Shown: positions 37,807 through 48,266, counted from the first letter of the stretch. The stretch is 64,000 bases of DNA from a virus (IMGVR_UViG_3300044691_000429:1-64000); one strand, 5' to 3'. Made by a program: numbers and translations. Notes: a model not told the origin generated them from the letters alone.

Positions 37807-40800
37807 TGGCGTTCCCCCTGACCCGGCTGCCCATCACCGTCGAACTCCAGATCAACGGGACCTGGACCGACATCTCGGGCGACGTCCGCACGCAGGGCGG
37901 CACCGACGCGATCAGGACCGACCGCGGCATCAAGGCGTCGGGCGGCACCGTCGCGGATGCGGCGACGTGCTCGATGACACTGGACAACAACTCCGGGAAC
38001 TATTCCAACCGCAACCCGACGTCGCCCTACTTCGGGTTCCTCGGGCGGAACACGCCGCTCCGGGTCGGTGTCGCCTTCGGCACTCCGTGGTTGAACGTCT
38101 CCGAAGGCGGCACGGAGCATGCCACGACACCTGATGCCGCAAACCTCGACATTACCGGAGATATCGATATCCGCCTCGACTTCGAACCCGCCGTATGGGG
38201 CGACTATCGCGACCACTCGGGTGGCGTCGGCTTGGGCGACACCGACCTGATCGGGAAAGAAGTCCTCACCGGCAACCAGAGATCCTGGCGGCTGCTGCTG
38301 ACCGACCAAGGGCGACTGAACTTCGGCTGGTCGCCGGACGGCGTCGCTGTCATCTTTGCGGAGTCCACCACCCCCTTGAGCCTTCCGCCGTACACGCGGC
38401 TGTCGGTCCGGGCGACTCTGGACGTCGACAATGGGGCGAGCGGCAATACGGTCACTTTCTACACGAGCACCACTGCCGGCACGTCCGGTCCGTGGACGCA
38501 ACTCGGCTCTCCTGTTATCACCGCAGGGACGACGGCGATCTTCAATAGCACGGCGCCGCTAGAGGTCGGCGACATTGCCGAGACCGCCTTCGTCAGTCTT
38601 GCGAAGAAGATATACAAGGCCGAGGTCCGCAGCGGGATCGCCGGAACAGTCGTCGCCAACCCCAACTTCGAGGGACAGGCGGTCGGTGCGACATCGTTTG
38701 CGGACACTGCGCCGTCCCCCCGGACGTGGACGGTCGCAGCCGGGGCGCTCACCAACGTGTACCGCCGCTTCGTGGGCGAGGTGTCCGAATGGCCGCCGCA
38801 GTGGGACACGGGCGGCAAGGACGTCACCACCCCCATCACCGCGTCCGGGATCCTCCAGCGGTACAACCAGTCCAAGACGGTGCTCCAGTCCACGCTGCGC
38901 CGGCGCATCCCATCCCTGGCGACACTGACCGCGTACTGGCCGATGGAGGAAGGCGCCACCGCCACGCAGGCCGCCAGCCCGATCGCGGGCGTGCAGCCCA
39001 TGCAGGTCACCGGGTTCACCTGGGCCGCCGACAGCAGCCTCGCCGGATCGGGGCCGCTTCCGCAGCTCGCCCCGCCGTCCACGATGACGGCCCGGGTCCC
39101 ATCAGTGGCGCCCGGGGACTGGCAAGTTGAATGCGTCTACAAGCTCGGCACTCTCCCGGCCGCTCCGACGCTGATGATGCAGGTCAGCCTTTCGGGTGGA
39201 ACTGGCGCACAGGTGCAGTTCCTGGTCGGAGTTGCAGTAGCCCGCATTCAGGTTCTTGACTCCACCGGCACTGTCGTGGCAACGGCGGACTCAACGCCCG
39301 ACCACTTCACGGACAACTGGGGGCGCCTCCAGATCAAGATGTCTACGGTGACGGGGGTTGTCACTGCCCGGGTGGCGTGGCTTGTCATCGGCGCCAGCAC
39401 TGCGGGAAACGTTGCAGCGGCTTTCACGGGGACTCCAGGCGCGGTGACGAAAGTGGCCGGGCTCTGGGATAGCGGCTTCTCAGGGATGAGCATCGGCCAC
39501 CTGGGTGTCTTCCCGTTCAGCAGCGTCAGCCCCTACGACAGTGCGGACATCGCGTTCGACGGGGAGACTGCGGCGGCTCGGCTCTCCCGAGTTGCCGTTG
39601 AGCAGGCCGTCCCGCTGTCGATCGCGGCCCGTACCGCCGACACCGAACTGGTGGGACCGCAGGCGCAGGACACGTTCCTCAACGTCATCACCAGTGCCGC
39701 GCAGACCGACGAGGGGATGCTGCATGAGGCGCGCGAATTCCTCGGCATCCGCTGCCGGGGCCGCGCTTCGCTGTACAACCAGCCGTCCGCACTGGATCTG
39801 CCCTACGTGGCCACCCCGCAGGCGCTGATGGCTCCGCTCAAGCCCGTTGACGACCTGCAAGGCGTCCGCAACGACTCCACCGTGACGCGTCTCAACGGGT
39901 CGTCCGGGCGCAGCGTCGTCACCACAGGCCCGCTGTCCACCCTTCCCCCGCCACTCGGGATCGGCACCGGCTACGACGAGAACGTCACCCTCAATCTCCA
40001 CTCGGACGACCAGACCGCACTCCACGCCGGGTGGCGCACCCACATCGGCACCTGGGACGAGGCGAGGTTCCCCCAGGTCAACCTCAGCTTGGAGAAGAAC
40101 CCGGCACTGATCCCCGCCGTGTGCCGCATCGACACGGGCAGCCGCATGCGGATCACCCCGCCGCTGCTCAAGCAACTGCCGCCGGACGCGATCGACCAGC
40201 TCGTACTCGGCTACGAGGAGAACATCAGCCAGTTCTCCTGGCGGCTCGCGTTCGCCTGCCAGCCCTACGGCCCATACGGGGTCGCGGTCGCCGACGACGC
40301 GGTCCTGGGCCGGGCCGATGTCGACGCCAGCCAGGCAAGCCAGCTCAACGCGGGCATCACCCCGACCGCGACGTCCATGCAGATCGCCACCACCTCGGGC
40401 CCGCTTTGGACCACCGACCCCGCGCAGCACCCGCTGCTCATCCGCATGGGCGGCGAGACGATCCGAGTCGACTCGGTCGGCGCCACCATCATCAACGCCA
40501 ACCCGTACCTGGATACCGGCCTCACCGGATGGACCGGAGCAGGCGCCACCCTCGGCCTGGCCACGACCCCGGTGTACGACATCGCCCAGCACGCCGTGCT
40601 CATCACCCCCGACGGGGTGAGCGCGTCCGGCGGCGCCAACTCCACCCGGTCCGCCGCGGGCACCGTCACGGCAGGCGCCTCGTATGTGGCGTGCCTGTGG
40701 GCGTACTCCCCGGGCGGATGGTCGGATCTGCGGCCGTCCGTGGACTGGTCGGACGCATCCGGAGTGTTCCTGTCCTCGTCGCTCGGTACCGGGTCCACCG

Positions 40801-41063
40801 TTCCCGCGGGTGCCTGGACGTTCCTGACGCAGACGTTCACGGCGCCGGCCAGCGCGAGCATGGCGACGGTGCGCGCCCGCCACGGCGGCACCCCCGCAGC
40901 GGCGAACACCTGGAATGCGTGGGGAATTCGCCTCCTGCCTGTAGCTGCCGCGCCATCGAGTCCGCAGACCGCGGCCGTCACCCGCTCCGTCAACACGGTG
41001 GTCAAAGCGCAGACCGCAGGCACCCCCATCACCGTCGCAACTGCCGCCATCGCGGCGCTCTAG
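37806..41063 (+). CDS. Large minor tail/baseplate protein with LamG-like and carbohydrate-binding-like inserts
   Basis: WTDISGDVR, LDNNSGNYS..NPTSPYF, AYWPMEEG, VTRSVNTVVKAQ. Confidence 0.8.
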   Translation: MAFPLTRLPITVELQINGTWTDISGDVRTQGGTDAIRTDRGIKASGGTVADAATCSMTLDNNSGNYSNRNPTSPYFGFLGRNTPLRVGVAFGTPWLNVSEGGTEHATTPDAANLDITGDIDIRLDFEPAVWGDYRDHSGGVGLGDTDLIGKEVLTGNQRSWRLLLTDQGRLNFGWSPDGVAVIFAESTTPLSLPPYTRLSVRATLDVDNGASGNTVTFYTSTTAGTSGPWTQLGSPVITAGTTAIFNSTAPLEVGDIAETAFVSLAKKIYKAEVRSGIAGTVVANPNFEGQAVGATSFADTAPSPRTWTVAAGALTNVYRRFVGEVSEWPPQWDTGGKDVTTPITASGILQRYNQSKTVLQSTLRRRIPSLATLTAYWPMEEGATATQAASPIAGVQPMQVTGFTWAADSSLAGSGPLPQLAPPSTMTARVPSVAPGDWQVECVYKLGTLPAAPTLMMQVSLSGGTGAQVQFLVGVAVARIQVLDSTGTVVATADSTPDHFTDNWGRLQIKMSTVTGVVTARVAWLVIGASTAGNVAAAFTGTPGAVTKVAGLWDSGFSGMSIGHLGVFPFSSVSPYDSADIAFDGETAAARLSRVAVEQAVPLSIAARTADTELVGPQAQDTFLNVITSAAQTDEGMLHEAREFLGIRCRGRASLYNQPSALDLPYVATPQALMAPLKPVDDLQGVRNDSTVTRLNGSSGRSVVTTGPLSTLPPPLGIGTGYDENVTLNLHSDDQTALHAGWRTHIGTWDEARFPQVNLSLEKNPALIPAVCRIDTGSRMRITPPLLKQLPPDAIDQLVLGYEENISQFSWRLAFACQPYGPYGVAVADDAVLGRADVDASQASQLNAGITPTATSMQIATTSGPLWTTDPAQHPLLIRMGGETIRVDSVGATIINANPYLDTGLTGWTGAGATLGLATTPVYDIAQHAVLITPDGVSASGGANSTRSAAGTVTAGASYVACLWAYSPGGWSDLRPSVDWSDASGVFLSSSLGTGSTVPAGAWTFLTQTFTAPASASMATVRARHGGTPAAANTWNAWGIRLLPVAAAPSSPQTAAVTRSVNTVVKAQTAGTPITVATAAIAAL

Positions 41064-41075
41064 GAAGGGGGACCG

Positions 41076-41543
41076 ATGGCCTTCACCGCATGGGCTGGCG
41101 GAGACAAGCTCACCGCACTGCGCCTCAACGGCATGGTCGGCACGCCCACCGCATACACCCCGGTCGTCACCAACGGCGGCAGCGCCACGTTCACGACGAA
41201 GACCGGCATCTTCGTCATGGTCGGCCCCCTGACCTGGATCAACGTCGACATCACTATTGGCACGGCCGGATCCGGCGCGGGCGTGGTGACGATCTCCATG
41301 CCCACCACCCCGGACCGCACGCAGCGGCAGGTCGTCACTATGCACACCGAGTCGATCGGCGCCAACGGCAACGCGATCAGCCACATCGGCGGCGGTGAGG
41401 CGGTGTTCCTCGCTGGCGGGTCCGGCGCCGCCACCGACCGGCTCCGCACCGACGAGGGCAGCACCACCGCCCGCGAGAACAACATTCTCGGCGCCGACCT
41501 GCTCACCGGCGGCCACATCACCATCCAGGGGTTCTACCTGTGA
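41076..41543 (+). CDS. Minor tail protein
   Basis: WAGGDKLTALRLN N-terminus. Confidence 0.65.
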   Translation: MAFTAWAGGDKLTALRLNGMVGTPTAYTPVVTNGGSATFTTKTGIFVMVGPLTWINVDITIGTAGSGAGVVTISMPTTPDRTQRQVVTMHTESIGANGNAISHIGGGEAVFLAGGSGAATDRLRTDEGSTTARENNILGADLLTGGHITIQGFYL

Positions 41544-41568
41544 CCCCGCCAGCGCCCCGGGAGGGCAC

Positions 41569-42432
41569 ATGACCATGACGTTCCGCGCGGGTAGGAAGCC
41601 CGCGCAGCCGGCCCGACCGCACCTGAAGTTCTCCGCGGTTCTCGCCGAGGCCCGGGAGAAGTCGACCCTGGAAGTGGCCGCGCCCCCGGTGTCGGCCCTG
41701 TACGCCGACGCGTCGATCACCTGGGACATGCTCGGCAACGACGCGGTCGGAGACTGCACCTGCGCCGAGGTCGGGCACCAGGTCAACCAGTTCACCTGGT
41801 ACGGCTCCGGCGCCGAGGTCAAGCCGACTACCGCGCAGGTGCTCGCGTTCTACTCGGCGATCACCGGCTACAACCCGAACGACCCGAACAGCGACACCGG
41901 CGCCTACGTGCAGGACGTCCTCGCGTACTGGCGGAAGGCGGGCCTGATAGGTCACACGATCGTGGCCTACGCCGCGGTCGACGTGGCGAACGTCATCGAG
42001 GTCAAGCAGGCGCTCGCCCTGTTCGGGTCGCTGAACGTCGGCCTGAGCTTCCCCGGTTCCGCGATGGACCAGTTCAACGCGGGCCAGGACTGGGACGTCG
42101 TCCCGGGCGCCACCATCGAGGGCGGCCACTGCGTGATGGTCGTCGGCTACGACGCGGCCGGGCTGGACCTGATCACCTGGGGTCGCCGCATTCGGATGAC
42201 CTGGGCTTTCTGGCGGGCCTACGTCGATGAGGCGTGGCTCGTTCTCGACGCGGACGGGGTGAAGAAGGCGGGCGCGTACTTCACCGGGCTGGCCAGTTTC
42301 TACGCGCTCGGGCAGGCGTTCACCGCGCTCACCGGGCAGGCCAACCCGATCCCCGCGCCGGCTCCGACCGGGGTCACCGGAGCGCAGGTCGCTGCTGGGG
42401 TGCGAGCGGCACTGACCAAGCTGGGGGTGTGA
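41569..42432 (+). CDS. Papain-like cysteine peptidase-fold protein (putative)
   Basis: MLGNDAVGDCTCA (Cys), EGGHCVMVVGYD (His), ITWG. Confidence 0.65.
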   Translation: MTMTFRAGRKPAQPARPHLKFSAVLAEAREKSTLEVAAPPVSALYADASITWDMLGNDAVGDCTCAEVGHQVNQFTWYGSGAEVKPTTAQVLAFYSAITGYNPNDPNSDTGAYVQDVLAYWRKAGLIGHTIVAYAAVDVANVIEVKQALALFGSLNVGLSFPGSAMDQFNAGQDWDVVPGATIEGGHCVMVVGYDAAGLDLITWGRRIRMTWAFWRAYVDEAWLVLDADGVKKAGAYFTGLASFYALGQAFTALTGQANPIPAPAPTGVTGAQVAAGVRAALTKLGV

Positions 42433-42433
42433 C

Positions 42434-42718
42434 GTGGACGCCATCTACCGCGAGCGCGCCCACCTCGTAGCGCACCTAGCTGCCATCTACCCGTCACACA
42501 TCGGGCACACCGACCCCGACGAGCCGGAGTGGGCTGTCGTCACTATCAGCCTGCCTACCGGCCAGGCCACGTGGCACGTCGCGCCCGACGACATGGACCT
42601 CTTCGGGCACGTCCGCACGGACATCAGCGAACCGTGGGACGGCCACACCACCGAGCAGAAGTACGCCCGCCTGGACCATGCGACCCGCGTGAAGGCGGCC
42701 GGGGAGTGGGTGGCCTGA
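42434..42718 (+). CDS. WDGH-domain protein
   Basis: YRERAHLVA...LPTGQATWH...WDGHTTEQKYARL. Confidence 0.75.
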   Translation: MDAIYRERAHLVAHLAAIYPSHIGHTDPDEPEWAVVTISLPTGQATWHVAPDDMDLFGHVRTDISEPWDGHTTEQKYARLDHATRVKAAGEWVA

Positions 42719-43650
42719 TGACCGCCATCCCCGGTGTCGACTACTCCTCCGGCCGCCCGGGCGGCGCCGCGCTCGCGGCCGCGGGCAAGGCGTTCGCGGC
42801 GCGGTACGTGAGCACGCCGGGCAACCCGAAGAACATCACCCGGGCGGAGGCTGACGACCTCGCCGCGCACGGCGTGTGGTCCGTCGTCGTGTGGGAGACC
42901 ACCGCCAACCGGGCCGGCGCCGGCCGCGCCGCGGGCATCGCCGATGCGCACGACGCCGTGGCCCAGGCGACCGCCGCAGGGATGCCGGGCAGCCGTCCGC
43001 TGTACTTCGCCGTGGACTGGGATGCCGACCCCGCCACGGTCGTCCCCTACTTCCAGGGCGTCGCCTCGGTACTCGGGTTGCCCCGGGTCGGCGGCTACGG
43101 CGGCTTCAAGGTCATCAAGTACCTGCTCGACCACGGCCTGATCACCTACGGATGGCAGACCGCAGCCTGGTCGCAGGGCAAGCGGGACCCGCGCGCGGCC
43201 ATCTACCAGCCCGCCACCGGCGTGCACATCAACGGCGTGGCCTGCGACAACGACACCGCGACCGTCACCGACTACGGGCAATGGATGCCCGGCAAAACCC
43301 CGGAGGCCCCCGTGCCTGACCTGACCCCGCAGATCGCCGACGACACCAAGACCCTGCGCTCCGACCTGACCAAGGTCGCCTCCCTCACCGAAAAGGACGC
43401 GGCGGGCCACCCGGCGATCCACCCGGCGTCGTACTACCTCGCGCACACCCACTACGACGCGGTCCTGCTCAACACCAAGATCGACGGCCTGACCTCGCAG
43501 GTCGCCGCCCTGGCCAAGTCCCCGGGCGGCGCCACCCTGACGGATGCCCAGGTCTCCGCCATCGCCGCGCAGGTCGCAGCCAGCCCCGTCCTCGCCGCAG
43601 CGGTGGCGACGGCCGTCGTCGACATCGAAGCCAAGCGTCTCCAGTCCTGA
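42718..43650 (+). CDS. Endolysin, DUF1906/GH25-like glycoside hydrolase
   Basis: FAARYVS..KNITRAEA, VVWE, LYFAVDWD, GGYGG, WQTAAWS. Confidence 0.88.
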   Translation: MTAIPGVDYSSGRPGGAALAAAGKAFAARYVSTPGNPKNITRAEADDLAAHGVWSVVVWETTANRAGAGRAAGIADAHDAVAQATAAGMPGSRPLYFAVDWDADPATVVPYFQGVASVLGLPRVGGYGGFKVIKYLLDHGLITYGWQTAAWSQGKRDPRAAIYQPATGVHINGVACDNDTATVTDYGQWMPGKTPEAPVPDLTPQIADDTKTLRSDLTKVASLTEKDAAGHPAIHPASYYLAHTHYDAVLLNTKIDGLTSQVAALAKSPGGATLTDAQVSAIAAQVAASPVLAAAVATAVVDIEAKRLQS

Positions 43651-43685
43651 CCCGACCCGACCCCACCAGCAGAAACGGTTACCCC

Positions 43686-44054
43686 ATGAAGTTCAAGATC
43701 TTCGGCTACGAGCCCGCCCTGATCATCGGCGCGCTCTCGGCCGCCCTGTCCCTGGTCGTGACGCTCGGCCTCGGCCTGACCACCGACCAGGCGGGCGCCT
43801 GGGTCGCCGTCATCAGCGGCGTCTTCGCCGTGGTCACCGCAGTCACGACCCGGCCGATCGCCCCGGCCGCGTTCACCGGGCTCGTCGCGGTCGTCGCCGC
43901 GCTGCTGTCGGCCTACCACTTCGGCGTCGCCCCGGGAACGGTCGCCGCGATCAACACCATGGTGCTCGCCGTCCTGACCCTGCTGACCCGCGGCCAGGTC
44001 TCCCCGACCGCGACCGCGAAGGCCCCGGCGGTGTCCGCTCGGTCTGACGCCTGA
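43686..44054 (+). CDS. Holin
   Basis: IFGYEPAL, four TM helices, TRGQVSP; follows lysin. Confidence 0.8.
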   Translation: MKFKIFGYEPALIIGALSAALSLVVTLGLGLTTDQAGAWVAVISGVFAVVTAVTTRPIAPAAFTGLVAVVAALLSAYHFGVAPGTVAAINTMVLAVLTLLTRGQVSPTATAKAPAVSARSDA

Positions 44055-44085
44055 CTCGATCTGATGTGCGCGCCCTGGAGATCAC

Positions 44086-44364
44086 GTGAGCACCGCCATG
44101 GTTGGGGCCGTTGCCGCACTGCTGGCCTCGGTCCTGACCGCACTGGCGGCCATGTACGGCAGCCGGGGCGCGAACCGGGCATCAAGGGAGGGCGGAGCCC
44201 TGAACGGCTACAACAATCTCACTGACCAGCTCCAGGAGGAACGCAAGGAGTTGCGGGCCGAACAGCGCGCCGAACTCGCCGCAGTCCGGGCGGACCTGGC
44301 AGCGGAGCGCCTGGAGTCAGCGAGGCTCCGCCTGATGGTTCAGCAACTCGGGGGTACGCCATGA
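44086..44364 (+). CDS. TM + coiled-coil lysis-cassette protein
   Basis: N-terminal TM, LTDQLQEE. Confidence 0.65.
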   Translation: MSTAMVGAVAALLASVLTALAAMYGSRGANRASREGGALNGYNNLTDQLQEERKELRAEQRAELAAVRADLAAERLESARLRLMVQQLGGTP

Positions 44365-45098
44365 CCCGGCTGGAGCGGGCGCTGGTCCGGCGCCGCACGA
44401 TGCTGTTCGTCGTCGCCGCGCTCCTGTTCCTGGGCAGCGCGGTGACGGTGGCGTTCATCCTGATCGGCCGCCAGACGGACCGCGCCAACCAGCTCGCCAC
44501 CGAGGCGGACCTGCGCGGTACCGCGGTGAGCACGCTGGCCGGGGACGTGCGGGCGCTGCGCTCGCAGGTGCAGGCCGGCGGTCACACCCCCGTCGCGCCC
44601 GACCCCAGCAAAGCCGTCAGCAACCTGCCCGCGCGCACCGAAGTGCCGGTGCCGATCCCGGGGCCGCCCGGACCCAAGGGGGATCAAGGCGCGCGGGGAG
44701 CGTCCGGCGCGTCCGCATCCCCGATCCCCGGGCCGAGCGGACCCGCAGGCTCGCCGGGCGCGGGCTCCAACGTTCCCGGCCCGGCCGGTTCACCGGGCGG
44801 CGCGGGGGTGCAGGGCATACCCGGAGCGCCGGGCGCCCCGGGCAAGGACGGCACCGATGGCACAAACGGGGCCGACGGCACGAACGGCCGCGACGGAGCA
44901 GCCGGTCAACCCCCCGCCGGCTGGACGTACACCGATCCCGCCGGCCAGTCCTACACCTGCTCGCCGGTCTCCGGGTTCGACCCGTCGGCGCCGCGGTATG
45001 CCTGCACGGCCGATGCGGCGCCGTCGCCGAGCCCGTCACCCAGTCCATCCCCGAGCACGACCCCGCCCGCGCTGCTGTCCACTCGCCGCCGGACCTAA
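44361..45098 (+). CDS. Membrane-anchored collagen-like (Gly-X-Y) protein
   Basis: TM, coiled coil, GPPGPKGDQG... repeats. Confidence 0.75.
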   Translation: MTRLERALVRRRTMLFVVAALLFLGSAVTVAFILIGRQTDRANQLATEADLRGTAVSTLAGDVRALRSQVQAGGHTPVAPDPSKAVSNLPARTEVPVPIPGPPGPKGDQGARGASGASASPIPGPSGPAGSPGAGSNVPGPAGSPGGAGVQGIPGAPGAPGKDGTDGTNGADGTNGRDGAAGQPPAGWTYTDPAGQSYTCSPVSGFDPSAPRYACTADAAPSPSPSPSPSPSTTPPALLSTRRRT

Positions 45099-45107
45099 GG
45101 AGCTGTC

Positions 45108-47198
45108 ATGGGTTTCCCGGCGAGTGCGCAGACCACCGTTCTCACGGTCACCGCGACCGCGGCGAACGGTGCGGCGGAGCGCGAGACGATCACGCTGACA
45201 CCGTCGCCGCCGCAGATCGTGTCCACAACGCTCAACCACATCGTGGACGGCGACCCGGTCACCATCACCCCGGACCGCGGCAGCGGTGCGGGCGCCCTGC
45301 GCCTGCTGAACACGGACGCCTCCGGGTACAACCCGACGGGGTGGACGTACACGGTGCAGCGCGGCACCCGGGCCCCGTACTCCGTCAGCATCCCGGCGTC
45401 CCTCGGCCCGACCGTGGACCTCGCCGACCTCACCCCGGTCACGTCCACCCCGGGGACATATGACCTGCTCATCCACGCCACGGACCTCGGTGGCGCTGCC
45501 GCGCTGAACGTCGGCACCGGCGCGGGCACCGTGGCGGCCGGCGACGACAGCCGGTTCGGGAACTCCAGCCCGTGGCGGTTCAGCATCGCGGACTACGGCG
45601 CCGTCAGCGACGCGGTGCTGGTCCACGACGGGGCGGTCACCGGCGGGGTGGCAGCGGTCACCTGCGCGACCAGCACCCCGTTCCCCGCCGGGCTCACCGG
45701 GAAGTCGATTCTGGTCCAGGGCGCCGGCCCGACAGGCGTCACCGCGTTCCGGTCAACGATCACGGGGCGCACCAACTCGGGCACGGTCACCCTGGCCGAC
45801 ACTCCACCGACGAGCATCACCGGCGCCATCGTAGCGTTCGGCACGAACAACTACGCCGCGATCCGCCGGGCCGCAGCAGCCGCCGAGGACTACCTCAACG
45901 GCACCGGGGTCGGCGCAGCATCAACGCCCCACACCTACGCGCAGGTCTACACCCCGCCCGGCGTCTATGCCCTCGACGGGCCGCTGGACACCAGCAAGAG
46001 CGGCAACGGGCAGGTGCCGCTCGGGGTCTACCCGACCACCGGCGTGAAGAAAGTGCCGGACTTCTACGGCGAGGGCTCCGGCGCCGGGGTCCGCCACTGG
46101 GAGCAGTTGGTGCCGCAGTTCGGCGGATCGTGCTGGATCTCGTTCGGGTTCTACACGTCCACGTCGGCGCAGCTCAACGACATCAACGCCAACGGCAACC
46201 CAGGCATCATCAGCGGCCCGAACGAGGGCACGGGCAACGGGCTCGCCTATGGTGCAGCGGCGCGGTTCTCCAACATCATGCCGATGATCAGGAACATGGC
46301 GTTCCTCGTGCCGCACACAAGCTTCGGCCTGCCCTACGCCGCTTGGAGCTTCTTCGGGTGCGCGAACGCCCACGTCGAGAACGTCAGCGTCTCCACGCTG
46401 GGCGTTGTGCCCGGCTCGGACTACGCCACCCCGGGGACGTTCGGCACGGGGCTGAGCATCGGCGCGCTGATGCCCGCGCCCGGCAATAACGACCTGAGCG
46501 TCATCCGGAACCTGTCGATCCAGGGCGGTTTCACCTACGGCCTGTTCCTGTCCGAGCACACCATCGTGGACCGGGTGATGGTCCTGTACTGCTGGGCAGG
46601 CCTGTGCCCGGTCGGGAGCTACGCCGGGTCGGTCGGCGCCGTCCACGCGATCAAGGTCGCTACCGCCAGCATCGAGGCGTGCGGCCGGGAGGTGTACATC
46701 ATCGGCGCCGGCAGCCAGGGCGTGGGGCCGCGAATCGACATCGACCAGCTGCAAACCGAGTCCGGCACGCCGACTTTCGATGGCAACAGCACGGCGGCGC
46801 TGGCCAGCGCGGAGGGCCGCATCGTCCTGACGGGGCTGTTCACGCCGTCGGGGGTGAGCATCGCGCAGCCATCGGGGATCGAGCTGGTCAACGGGCAGGT
46901 CCCGCGCGCCATCACCATCCAGACCGCGAACTACGCGGCCGGCCCGCTCGACCGGACGGTGCTGATGGACACCACCGCGGGGAACCTGACGCTGTCCCTG
47001 CCGGATGCCGACTTCAACCCGGTCGAGTACATCGCCAAGAACGTGGGCGCGAACACGCTGACGGTCGCGGCGCTGACCAGCCCGCAACAGAAGATCTACG
47101 ACACGTCCAGCGCCAACAGCATCAGCCTCGCGGCCGGGGTGTCCGCCCGGCTGCAGGCGAAGTACAACGGGACCGCCTGGAGTTGGTACCGGGTGTGA
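45108..47198 (+). CDS. Tail fiber/tailspike-like protein with beta-helix (pectin-lyase-like) domain
   Basis: GTVAAGDDSRF, IADYGAVSD, VYTPPGVY, DTTAGNLTLSLP. Confidence 0.7.
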   Translation: MGFPASAQTTVLTVTATAANGAAERETITLTPSPPQIVSTTLNHIVDGDPVTITPDRGSGAGALRLLNTDASGYNPTGWTYTVQRGTRAPYSVSIPASLGPTVDLADLTPVTSTPGTYDLLIHATDLGGAAALNVGTGAGTVAAGDDSRFGNSSPWRFSIADYGAVSDAVLVHDGAVTGGVAAVTCATSTPFPAGLTGKSILVQGAGPTGVTAFRSTITGRTNSGTVTLADTPPTSITGAIVAFGTNNYAAIRRAAAAAEDYLNGTGVGAASTPHTYAQVYTPPGVYALDGPLDTSKSGNGQVPLGVYPTTGVKKVPDFYGEGSGAGVRHWEQLVPQFGGSCWISFGFYTSTSAQLNDINANGNPGIISGPNEGTGNGLAYGAAARFSNIMPMIRNMAFLVPHTSFGLPYAAWSFFGCANAHVENVSVSTLGVVPGSDYATPGTFGTGLSIGALMPAPGNNDLSVIRNLSIQGGFTYGLFLSEHTIVDRVMVLYCWAGLCPVGSYAGSVGAVHAIKVATASIEACGREVYIIGAGSQGVGPRIDIDQLQTESGTPTFDGNSTAALASAEGRIVLTGLFTPSGVSIAQPSGIELVNGQVPRAITIQTANYAAGPLDRTVLMDTTAGNLTLSLPDADFNPVEYIAKNVGANTLTVAALTSPQQKIYDTSSANSISLAAGVSARLQAKYNGTAWSWYRV

Positions 47199-47235
47199 CC
47201 AGGGCAGCAATTCGCACCCGCCCGAGCGGGCGGAG

Positions 47236-47430
47236 TCAGCTCAGTCCACGCCGCGCCCGGCACCACTGCCGCCCGCAGTCGATCAACTCGGGGTCGGAGT
47301 GGTCGGGGACGCCGTCGCCGTCGGCGGCCGCCGTGATGCCGAGGTCGCCTTCCAGTGTGCGGATCACCAGCGGCCACGCCCGGTCGTGGACATCGCAGCG
47401 GCGGGCGATGCGGCGCAGGATGCCGGTCAT
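47236..47430 (-). CDS. Small hypothetical protein
   Basis: GGAGG RBS, ATGA coupling. Confidence 0.5.
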   Translation of the reverse strand: MTGILRRIARRCDVHDRAWPLVIRTLEGDLGITAAADGDGVPDHSDPELIDCGRQWCRARRGLS

Positions 47431-47858
47431 GTCCCCTCCTCCGTCCAGCCCCAGCCCTCCGCGAGGGCGATGAGGGTGTCGCAGTAGCCGCGGCCGTCGA
47501 CGCGATCGTCCCGCTTGTGGCATGTCCGGCAGCCGAACCGCGTGATCCTGATGTCGCGGACGTCCCTGGTGATCGGGTGCGCGGCGAGGATCTTCCGGTC
47601 GGCCGCGATGCGGCGGAGGACGGCGGCCGGGTCGTGGCGGGCGATGTGGACGGCATCGGGGAGAGCGTGGTCGCTGCTGGCGCTCACCACCAGGGGGCCG
47701 AGCGGCAGACCGCTTCCGCTTCGCTGCCCACTGTCGTGCACGACCGCAACATTGTGGTGAGCGTTCCACACAGTCCATGGTCCCGGCCGCGCCGCTTCAG
47801 CCTCCTGCTCTACCGCGTCCAGGGTGGCGTGCAGGTAGGCCAGCGGGGTGGTGGTCAC
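47427..47858 (-). CDS. DUF6221-like protein (second copy)
   Basis: HIARHDPAAVLRRIAADRKILAAH...CDTLIALAEGWG. Confidence 0.75.
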   Translation of the reverse strand: MTTTPLAYLHATLDAVEQEAEAARPGPWTVWNAHHNVAVVHDSGQRSGSGLPLGPLVVSASSDHALPDAVHIARHDPAAVLRRIAADRKILAAHPITRDVRDIRITRFGCRTCHKRDDRVDGRGYCDTLIALAEGWGWTEEGT

Positions 47859-48226
47859 GGGGTCACCGACCCGCTGGCCGGTTCTTCGGCGGTCTCGCGC
47901 TGGGCGTCGCGGAGTTCCTTCACCAGGTCGTCCAGCTTGTCGGACGCGTAGTAGACGTTGCTGGCCTCGAACGGCAAACCGGCAGACCGCAACTCCTGGT
48001 ACAGGTCGTACAGCTCGCTTGCGTGGGCTTCGGCCTGCTGGATGGCGCGCGGCAGGGGCTGCTCCCACGCCGGGGTCTGGCCTGCTGGCACGACAGCGTC
48101 GGGGCCTTCGGGCTGGCCGTAGACGAGTCGGTTCGTGACCCGCTTGATCCGCTGAGCGCCGCAGCCTTCCGCTCGCATCGCGTCCTCGACCTCCGCCATG
48201 ACGCGGCGCAGTTCCCCATCGTCCAT
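47855..48226 (-). CDS. Hypothetical protein
   Basis: GACACT-N6-ATG; coupled. Confidence 0.6.
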   Translation of the reverse strand: MDDGELRRVMAEVEDAMRAEGCGAQRIKRVTNRLVYGQPEGPDAVVPAGQTPAWEQPLPRAIQQAEAHASELYDLYQELRSAGLPFEASNVYYASDKLDDLVKELRDAQRETAEEPASGSVTP

Positions 48227-48266
48227 GCGCCCAGTGTCCCCCCGCCGCCCGACAACGCCGCGGGGG

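Noticed and set aside
44650-45060. Repetitive GC tract
   Set aside because: Coding Gly-X-Y and Pro-Ser repeats, not a DNA repeat element
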